Positions 21,039 to 27,968 of a stretch of DNA of 52,282 nt are shown in pieces. Numbering within the stretch: position 1 is the first letter of the stretch; every line of letters starts with the position of its first letter. This DNA comes from a virus (lineage: Duplodnaviria > Caudoviricetes). The position numbers and the translations under genes were made by a program. The notes below the pieces were generated by a model that saw only the letters and a program-made list of their open reading frames with translations, had not been told where the DNA came from and made no database searches. Location: the IMG/VR virus record IMGVR_UViG_3300022857_000007, positions 1 through 52,282 of that record. The stretch is one strand, 5' to 3'.

Positions 21039-21395
21039 CTACACACTAGATTGAATTCCTTTCATTTTTTCAATATCAAGTTTCTTTTTTGATATTTTAT
21101 CCTTAAGATCAGAAACTTTGCCCACCTTAACTTGTTTTTCTTTATTAGCGATATCTGAGTCAATACTAGTGGAAAAAGAAATTGATTTCTTATAATTGTT
21201 CATTAACTCTTCCATCTCAACCACCTCTAACTCTAGCGCATCCAAAACCTCTGCCGCATCAACATTTGACTCAGCATTTGCCTCAGCACTTTTTTCATAA
21301 TCATCCTCTGACTCTTCGCCAGACCTCGCTTCAGAGTCAGAATTAAATATGCTTTCTAATTCTTCGAATATTACTCTTCTAATTTTTTTTCTCAT
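21039..21395 (-). CDS. Acidic coiled-coil hypothetical protein
   Basis: 118 aa ORF; N-terminal IRRVIFEEL leader. Confidence 0.5.
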   Translation of the reverse strand: MRKKIRRVIFEELESIFNSDSEARSGEESEDDYEKSAEANAESNVDAAEVLDALELEVVEMEELMNNYKKSISFSTSIDSDIANKEKQVKVGKVSDLKDKISKKKLDIEKMKGIQSSV

Positions 21396-21874
21396 GATAA
21401 TAATAGTTTTGAAAATTTTAGTTTTACAATATCGTACTCTTTGTTAATATCATATTCCCAAACTCTTTCAATCTTATACCCACACCCTTTAGCTTGAATA
21501 TCTTTTTCTTTGTCGTTAAGTTTGTTTTTTTTCTGCATCCCAGTCAATTCTTCTTTAGAATACTTTCTAGGATTCCCATGATAATAATCTCCGTCTATCT
21601 CAACAAACATTTTATAGTCTGGTAAATAAAAGTCATATATAAAACCTCCAAGAATTTTTTGAGGCTCATAGTTAATCTCCATCTCTTTCATCAACTTCTC
21701 AAACTCCCTCTCAGGCTTGGTCATTTTGCCAGCCATTTTTTTAGCATTTCTCTCAAGTAATGCTTTCTTTTCAAAAGTAGACATTTCCCTCTTTGTGGCA
21801 GACTTCTTAATCTGTTTTAGTCTCCATTTAGCCTTATCTCTAAGTGTTAATTTTTTATTGCGCTTCTTCGCCAT
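21392..21874 (-). CDS. Vsr/DUF559-like endonuclease
   Basis: MTKPE, YDFYLP, VEIDGDYYH, D..K...A...GY...RVWE; likely start MAKKRNKK at 21874. Confidence 0.8.
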   Translation of the reverse strand: MAKKRNKKLTLRDKAKWRLKQIKKSATKREMSTFEKKALLERNAKKMAGKMTKPEREFEKLMKEMEINYEPQKILGGFIYDFYLPDYKMFVEIDGDYYHGNPRKYSKEELTGMQKKNKLNDKEKDIQAKGCGYKIERVWEYDINKEYDIVKLKFSKLLLS

Positions 21875-22169
21875 CTTCAATCTCTTCAGTGAACTCAAGG
21901 TAGCTTGAAATGTTATTCTTAAACATAGCAGATAATTCATCGGATATTTTAGAATAAACGTCTAGAGATAAATACTTAGCAACCCCTTCGAAATCCCCTG
22001 AGTTTGATCCTTGCATATACAACTCAGCCCAACCAATAATAGCTTGAGCTAATTCTGATTTAGTAACTTCTCTTCCGAATTCTTGAATAAGGAAATCAAC
22101 AAATAAATGTTCCTCGTTTTCTCGAAGAATTATATTTACCATTTTTGATATTTTTTCTGATATAAGCAT
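21855..22169 (-). CDS. Hypothetical protein
   Basis: 104 aa ORF preceded by a TATTTA motif. Confidence 0.5.
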   Translation of the reverse strand: MLISEKISKMVNIILRENEEHLFVDFLIQEFGREVTKSELAQAIIGWAELYMQGSNSGDFEGVAKYLSLDVYSKISDELSAMFKNNISSYLEFTEEIEDGEEAQ

Positions 22170-22197
22170 AAGTTACTTTATTATTAAATAGGTAACA

Positions 22198-22680
22198 TTA
22201 TACTTTTTTAGACAGTCTTCTAGTTATTCTTTTAGCATTTTTTCTAGCAATAGTTATGTTCTCCTTTCTTTTATACTTACTAGAATGTATTAGCCTAGGA
22301 GAATAAACAGAAACTAACTCTTCTATTGATTCCCACTCTTCTTTGTACTTCACTGGCTTCCCTTTACTGTTTATCCAGTTTTTTTTATTCCAGTTATCTA
22401 TCCATTTTTCAGAAAATGCTTTTATGATATTTTGAGAAGAAATGTAAACATCTACACAACTACCTTTAATATCATTTTCTTCTAATTCTAATTTTAGAAT
22501 CTCAAATCCATGAATCATAGATTTCATCTCCATAAGATTATGGTCTACATTTTCTTCTGCTAAACAAAACAACCTCTTAACCTCCCCGTTAAAAGATAAT
22601 ATACCACAATAAAAACTCTCTTTCCCTCTGCATGAAGTTTCACAAAAAATCTCCACTCCTTTTTCAATAGATTTACTCAT
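22198..22680 (-). CDS. RNase HI-fold protein lacking most catalytic residues
   Basis: VEIFCETSC, NLMEMKS, VYISSQ, WIDNWNKKNWINSKGKPVKYKEEW align by eye to RNase HI ([46 protein letters not shown]). Confidence 0.75.
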   Translation of the reverse strand: MSKSIEKGVEIFCETSCRGKESFYCGILSFNGEVKRLFCLAEENVDHNLMEMKSMIHGFEILKLELEENDIKGSCVDVYISSQNIIKAFSEKWIDNWNKKNWINSKGKPVKYKEEWESIEELVSVYSPRLIHSSKYKRKENITIARKNAKRITRRLSKKV

Positions 22681-22987
22681 CCTCTATGTATTTACCATGT
22701 TTTATTCCGCATAATTTTATGTGTTCATCTATGAAAATACCCAACAAAGAACACTCACACCTATAACTACCTTTAACACACTCTTCTTCAGACACAGGCT
22801 TCAAGTAGGGACATATTTTTATCTTCATAGAAGTAACCTCCATTTCTAAAAACTCATCGTAAACAATCTTATCTGTACCTTTAATTGGTTCGTAACAAAA
22901 ATTTCCTGTTGGAATTATTTTTTCATTTGCAACAACTTTCTTAGAAGTCTCTCTACATATATTATGTTTAAGATTAATTCTTTTCAT
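22673..22987 (-). CDS. Cys-rich hypothetical protein
   Basis: 104 aa with IPTGNFCY, CPY, CSLL, KLCGI; overlaps both neighbours. Confidence 0.55.
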   Translation of the reverse strand: MKRINLKHNICRETSKKVVANEKIIPTGNFCYEPIKGTDKIVYDEFLEMEVTSMKIKICPYLKPVSEEECVKGSYRCECSLLGIFIDEHIKLCGIKHGKYIEDE

Positions 22988-23643
22988 ATTTTTTTCGTGC
23001 TTTCAATTATTTCTTTACACAATTCGTTAGGTATCTTAGACCTGTCAAATGTACCCTTCTTCCCCTGAGTCCCAGTTCTTGCCCCACGCCTTGCCGACTC
23101 ATGATGGCAGTGCTTATCTATTATCTCGCCAGTTTCTTTGTCGTACTTATAGTTTTTACACATAGGTCTTGGTATCCAAGTTTTACTGTTAGTCCATATG
23201 TCTGTAGGCTTGGCTCTAACGTCTCCGTACTTACAATACCAAACTGTGTGTCTTTTAAACTCCTGCATCCAAGACATACGCCTCATCATCCCTCTTGGGT
23301 TTTCAATAAAGAAAACAAGGTCTGGATTAATTACCAACCACTCTTTTATTAACCCTATCCAATGCTGATTAATTATGTCACACTGTGCAGCATATTCTGA
23401 CTTAGGCTCTTGACCGTTTTTTCTATGAGTACCACAAGCAATAACGCTATAAGCAGTACAGTCTGGTGATGCCCAAATAACATCAGGAACAAACGGTATA
23501 TCTTCAATCTTAAGATCTCCTATATCTATTTGTAAGTCTATTTTTTCATATGCAGTCCAATCAACACTGAACACATTTAAACCCTGCCTCTCTGCTTCAT
23601 TCCCTACACTTCTAGACCCAGCAAATAATTCTAATAAATTCAT
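22984..23643 (-). CDS. Compact DNA (cytosine-5) methyltransferase
   Basis: Motif I LELFAGS, motif IV WASPDC, motif VI FIENP. Confidence 0.8.
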   Translation of the reverse strand: MNLLELFAGSRSVGNEAERQGLNVFSVDWTAYEKIDLQIDIGDLKIEDIPFVPDVIWASPDCTAYSVIACGTHRKNGQEPKSEYAAQCDIINQHWIGLIKEWLVINPDLVFFIENPRGMMRRMSWMQEFKRHTVWYCKYGDVRAKPTDIWTNSKTWIPRPMCKNYKYDKETGEIIDKHCHHESARRGARTGTQGKKGTFDRSKIPNELCKEIIESTKKI

Positions 23644-24086
23644 TTTTCGTTTTCATCTAAATAAGAAATATTTAATTTCCATTCTTTCTCACTCCTCTTT
23701 GCCCAAATATCAAATGATTCACTAACATATTTTTCAGCTTCTATTTGAGTCATTTCATTTACTTTCATCAAATGATCAAGTGCCATATAATGTTCCCCTT
23801 TCATTTGAGCCAACCCAAAATGTTTGACCTTATGGCATTTTGGACAAAGAGATATCATCCCTTTCAAAACCTGCTCATTTGTAGCGTCATTGAAATCCCA
23901 TATTTCATGGCATTCTAACTTATGCCTAAAACCTTGATTTGTTCCAATATCTTTACATATTTCACACTTATATCCAGCGCTAAGGTAAGAAGCTTTTCTT
24001 ATAATGTCCCAATCTTTCTTGCTAACTTCGTTTCTAACGTTAGAGAACCAAGAAGTCCTAGGGACTAACTCTATTGTTAATTTCAT
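23640..24086 (-). CDS. HNH-type endonuclease
   Basis: CEIC...LECHE.W...SLCPKCHKVKH. Confidence 0.75.
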   Translation of the reverse strand: MKLTIELVPRTSWFSNVRNEVSKKDWDIIRKASYLSAGYKCEICKDIGTNQGFRHKLECHEIWDFNDATNEQVLKGMISLCPKCHKVKHFGLAQMKGEHYMALDHLMKVNEMTQIEAEKYVSESFDIWAKRSEKEWKLNISYLDENEK

Positions 24087-24096
24087 TTTTCTTTTT

Positions 24097-26823
24097 TTAC
24101 GTTGTTAATAATTTATCACCCGAAGGTTCTACTATCATCTTAAATTTAGCATCTTTCTTAAAGTTAAGAAAACCTTTATCATTTTGAGAAAACTGAGAAA
24201 GGTAGACCGCATCTTTTTGAAGTTCTGGTTTAAGTTTTGCTGCTAGTTTTCCGAAAGCTCTAATTTTAGTTGTCGTCACTCCATCCCCAACCTTTAACTC
24301 TAGGTACTCAGCCTTCTTCTTTGTTAATAGATATCTTATATCATGAAGAAAGAAGTAGTAGTCTCCTGAGTCTGTGAACGCAGTTATAGGATCTACATGC
24401 CTATTGTTGTCTTGAGCTTTTTTGATTATGTCTTCATTAATCTTAGCAACCCTATTAATAAAAGATAAATCAAACCCACAAACTTCCTCAAAATCATGGA
24501 CTTTTTGCATATCTTGAGTTGGAGGGAATTTAATAGAATCTATTTTAGAACCATACTCAATAGCATCTAAATCAAAAGCTAAAAGCTGATTAGGTATTAT
24601 TTTCTTCTTGGTCTTGGTTTTTAAACTTAACAGATATTCTCTAGAAGAAGACCAATCATCAAATACTCCCGACTTTAAACAAGCATTAAATGCTGTCTTA
24701 TTGAAATTAGAAAAAGGAAGAGAAAAGAAAGCTGCCATAGAAATGCTCTCTAACTTTTTTTGTTTCATCGTCAATAAACTATTAAGCTCATCATAAGCTT
24801 TTGTCCCCATGCCTTTAACCATAGAAAACCCAAGAGTTATTTCTTTATCACGAGTAATAACACAATCCCAATCAGACTTCCTAGAAGGAGGAATAACCTT
24901 AACCCCTTTAGACATAGCAGAAGCTATAGCTTTAGTGAGCCATTCTTTCTGCTTTTCAAGTGCGCCTGAGGTTTTTGGGTTGTTCAATAAAGAACAATAA
25001 AATTCTTCAGGATAATAAGTTTTTAAATACAGAGTTTGCATTGCAATATACGCATAAGCAACACTGTGGGAATTTGACACACAAATATCATTCGCATAAA
25101 AATTATGAAATTCACTATCAATTTCTAAGTCGTAAGTCTCGACTTCTCCTATTTCTTCTATTTCAATTATTTTTTCAAAAGCACTACTCTTTATCTTTAT
25201 TTCCTCTCCTCTTTCTAATATTTCTTTCAACGTCATCATCCCTTTTTCTGTCATGATTTTATGATCCATAGTGCATTCTAGAATATTTCCAGAAGAAGTT
25301 TTTATTCTATAAACCTTCTTAATTCCATTGTGGTGAATATCTTTCACAGGAACAAACTCATCTTCTTCTTTTTGTGGATTATAACCTCTAATTAAATCTC
25401 CTTCTTTGACATCTAATATACCAACTTTATCTCCATTTTCTTTTTCTACTATAGAGTTTTTACTTAAACATTTGTTGAACGAATATCCCAAATACTTCAA
25501 CATGTACTCTTGTATCATTTGAAGAGAATCCTTATCCACACCTCTCTCTTTAGCGTTAGACATAAATTCATTCCAATACCCTAAGAACTTTAAATAATCC
25601 CCATAACCCCTTTTTAACTTGTCCTCACTAGTTATTTCTCCACCTAAGTTTACCTTAGCAATAAAAGCCTTCCCTTTATCCATATACCTCCTTAACATAT
25701 CCCCCTTACCAAGATCAAACCCTGCGATTTCATTTGCTAAAAACTGAACCTGTTCTTGGAAAATCATTACTCCATTAGTCTCTTTTAAGACGTTCTCCAA
25801 TAAAGGGTGTACGTATTTTATTTCGTTAGAATTAAACTTATTTACGATATACTCTTTATCAGCACCTATACTCATCGGTCCGGGTCTGAAAAGTGCATTC
25901 GCAGCAGCTAATTCCTCGAAACTTTCAATATGTATCGAACGTATTAATCCATTCATCCCAGAAGACTCAAACTGAAATATACCATGATTTAAACCAAGCC
26001 TAATTTCATCATATAATTTTGGGTCTTCAAAATGATCTTCAACATAAACAATATCGTCAGTAATATCCTTCCCACTACGATCCTTAACCATCTTGATGCA
26101 TGATGAAATAATATTCATGGCTGAGATCTTTAAAGTATCAAGCTTTAGAATCCCTAAATAAGATAAATGCTTAAACGAACCATCAGCCTCAGAGAAAGCC
26201 GAAACAACAGCTCCGTTTTCAGCAATAACATTTGTTGGAATATAATTCCAAGAATCAGTTGGAGTAATAACAACCCCAGCAGCATGTTGACCTAACTGTT
26301 TAACCCTACCTTGAAGGCGAAGAGTCTGAACCATAACCTTCTTATTCTCTGGGTCAATTAGCCAATTTTTTGTTACAGGATGACAAGACTCATTGACCGA
26401 ATGTTCTTCAAAAAACTCTTTTAAACTAAACTTATCTCCTAAGTGTTTTATTTGACGATCAATATCTCTGTTTACTTGTTCAATATCAGAACCTCTTTCA
26501 ACACTCTGCCTACCCAACAATGCTCTTCCGACATCTTTTAAGCAACTCTTTTCGTTAAAAGTGCCTAACGTGCAAACGTGGAAAGTTCTAGACGCTCCGT
26601 ACTTCTTAACCAAAAATCCGTCAATGATATCTTGTGTGTCTGACTCGAAATCAATATCTAAATCTGGCGGAGAATTGTGTATAAGTATTGATTTTACTAG
26701 GTCTTCAGAGGTTTTTTCTAAATCAATATCTAACGAGTTGCAGTAAAACAAATGGTCTATTTCACAAGAAATATCATAAACCTTTCCAGTATATTGTATT
26801 TTTTTTATAGACTTTATGTTCAT
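24097..26823 (-). CDS. dnaE: DNA polymerase III alpha, C-terminal half (IntC of split intein plus cis mini-intein)
   Basis: SPPDLDIDF catalytic motif, GQHAAGVVI, LKLDTL, GIFQFES, ALFRPGP, ETNGVMIFQEQV, YSFNK/SHSVAY. Confidence 0.95.
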   Translation of the reverse strand: MNIKSIKKIQYTGKVYDISCEIDHLFYCNSLDIDLEKTSEDLVKSILIHNSPPDLDIDFESDTQDIIDGFLVKKYGASRTFHVCTLGTFNEKSCLKDVGRALLGRQSVERGSDIEQVNRDIDRQIKHLGDKFSLKEFFEEHSVNESCHPVTKNWLIDPENKKVMVQTLRLQGRVKQLGQHAAGVVITPTDSWNYIPTNVIAENGAVVSAFSEADGSFKHLSYLGILKLDTLKISAMNIISSCIKMVKDRSGKDITDDIVYVEDHFEDPKLYDEIRLGLNHGIFQFESSGMNGLIRSIHIESFEELAAANALFRPGPMSIGADKEYIVNKFNSNEIKYVHPLLENVLKETNGVMIFQEQVQFLANEIAGFDLGKGDMLRRYMDKGKAFIAKVNLGGEITSEDKLKRGYGDYLKFLGYWNEFMSNAKERGVDKDSLQMIQEYMLKYLGYSFNKCLSKNSIVEKENGDKVGILDVKEGDLIRGYNPQKEEDEFVPVKDIHHNGIKKVYRIKTSSGNILECTMDHKIMTEKGMMTLKEILERGEEIKIKSSAFEKIIEIEEIGEVETYDLEIDSEFHNFYANDICVSNSHSVAYAYIAMQTLYLKTYYPEEFYCSLLNNPKTSGALEKQKEWLTKAIASAMSKGVKVIPPSRKSDWDCVITRDKEITLGFSMVKGMGTKAYDELNSLLTMKQKKLESISMAAFFSLPFSNFNKTAFNACLKSGVFDDWSSSREYLLSLKTKTKKKIIPNQLLAFDLDAIEYGSKIDSIKFPPTQDMQKVHDFEEVCGFDLSFINRVAKINEDIIKKAQDNNRHVDPITAFTDSGDYYFFLHDIRYLLTKKKAEYLELKVGDGVTTTKIRAFGKLAAKLKPELQKDAVYLSQFSQNDKGFLNFKKDAKFKMIVEPSGDKLLTT
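25072..25470 (-). mobile_element. Cis mini-intein (133 aa) in DnaE-C at FNK|SH
   Basis: Starts CLSKNS, block B CTMDH, block F TYDLEI, ends CVSN followed by Ser; removal restores YSFNKSHSVAY. Confidence 0.92.
26674..26823 (-). mobile_element. Split intein C-fragment (IntC, 50 aa)
   Basis: MNIKSIKKIQYTGKVYDIS...ILIHN followed by Ser of SPPDLDIDF. Confidence 0.92.
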
Positions 26824-27920
26824 GACATTATTTTTCTTATATTTTTCATAACCAACTCTCTTGATTTATTCCAATCATCCTCCCATATTACAAAAGGTCG
26901 TATTCCAGTTTCATCCAAAATAACAGACTCTCTCTTTGCGTCTGACCTCCACACTTCTCTTGCTAACTTCTTCTTGTGCTTGTGGTAATAATCCGAAGAA
27001 TATTTCTTAGGGTTGCAATGCCAGTAATCCCCATTACATTCAATAATCACTTTTTTATTTGGGCAATAAAAGTCTAAAAACATTACCTTTTTCTTACTCT
27101 TTTCATCTAAGTAGACAATCTTTTTTTGAAGAAGTTCAGAATCAATATGGAAACAATCTTTTAAACCAAATTCTCTAACTAGTAAATTTACAACTTCTTT
27201 CTCAAACTTTGACGTTGAATTAATAGAATTAAACCAAGAACTACCACTTAAACTTACTTTCCTATCCATTTCTTTCATTTGCCACTCATAGTCTTTAAAC
27301 AGATTATCAACCCCATATTTCTCAATCATGGATTCAGTAATAGCTGAATAATGAGGCCCTCTTTCTAAAAAGCTATTAACACCATACTTGTCAAAAATAG
27401 ACTGAGAAGCCTTCTCTCTAACTTCTTTTATCTGAAATGGACTACACACCCCTTTAACTCCATACCTTTCTTCTAAAGAAGCTCCAATAGTGCGCTTGTA
27501 TTCCTCAGTTTTGTAATATAAACTTTTATATTCTTTCTCAGGTATAAAGTAACCTCTACTCCATAACTTTAAACCTCCCCTAGTAGGGTGTAACGCTTGG
27601 TTTATTTCACTTCCATTTTCAGGATGATGAAACTTAACGTAGGTGTTTGTTAAAAAACAAAACCCCTTATCAGTTTCTATTCTAAAACAACACTTAGATT
27701 TCCTAAACTCTAAGTCATAACTTTTTACTACGCCTAAATTATTATGTGTCTTGTTTTCATACAAAACTCTACCGATCAAAAATTTAGGCGAAATAAATAA
27801 CTCATTTTTATACCCCCACCCCTTTTTTTCTTCCTGAGTTGGTTTTGAAAAACCACAAAAATCTCTAAGGTAATTGTATAATTCTTCTGCCGTTTTTATC
27901 TCTTCTTTTAATTCTGTCAT
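26820..27920 (-). CDS. Free-standing Vsr-like (EDxHD-type) homing endonuclease between dnaE halves
   Basis: Three (K/R)YGV repeats, then SKFE, LDFY, IIECNGDYWH, D..R, VIWE nuclease domain; stop overlaps DnaE-C start (ATGA). Confidence 0.8.
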   Translation of the reverse strand: MTELKEEIKTAEELYNYLRDFCGFSKPTQEEKKGWGYKNELFISPKFLIGRVLYENKTHNNLGVVKSYDLEFRKSKCCFRIETDKGFCFLTNTYVKFHHPENGSEINQALHPTRGGLKLWSRGYFIPEKEYKSLYYKTEEYKRTIGASLEERYGVKGVCSPFQIKEVREKASQSIFDKYGVNSFLERGPHYSAITESMIEKYGVDNLFKDYEWQMKEMDRKVSLSGSSWFNSINSTSKFEKEVVNLLVREFGLKDCFHIDSELLQKKIVYLDEKSKKKVMFLDFYCPNKKVIIECNGDYWHCNPKKYSSDYYHKHKKKLAREVWRSDAKRESVILDETGIRPFVIWEDDWNKSRELVMKNIRKIMS

Positions 27921-27932
27921 GTTTCTATTTTA

Positions 27933-27968
27933 AAATCTTTATCTACATCTAAATATGGATAAAGATTT
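27933..27968 (-). promoter_or_regulatory. Hairpin enclosing putative late promoter upstream of homing endonuclease
   Basis: Perfect 11-bp inverted repeat AAATCTTTATC (27933-27943)/GATAAAGATTT (27958-27968) with minus-strand TATTTA at 27950-27955. Confidence 0.65.

Noticed and set aside
26820-27968. Group I intron containing the endonuclease
   Set aside because: Only 48 bp of non-coding sequence on one side and none on the other, leaving no room for a ribozyme core
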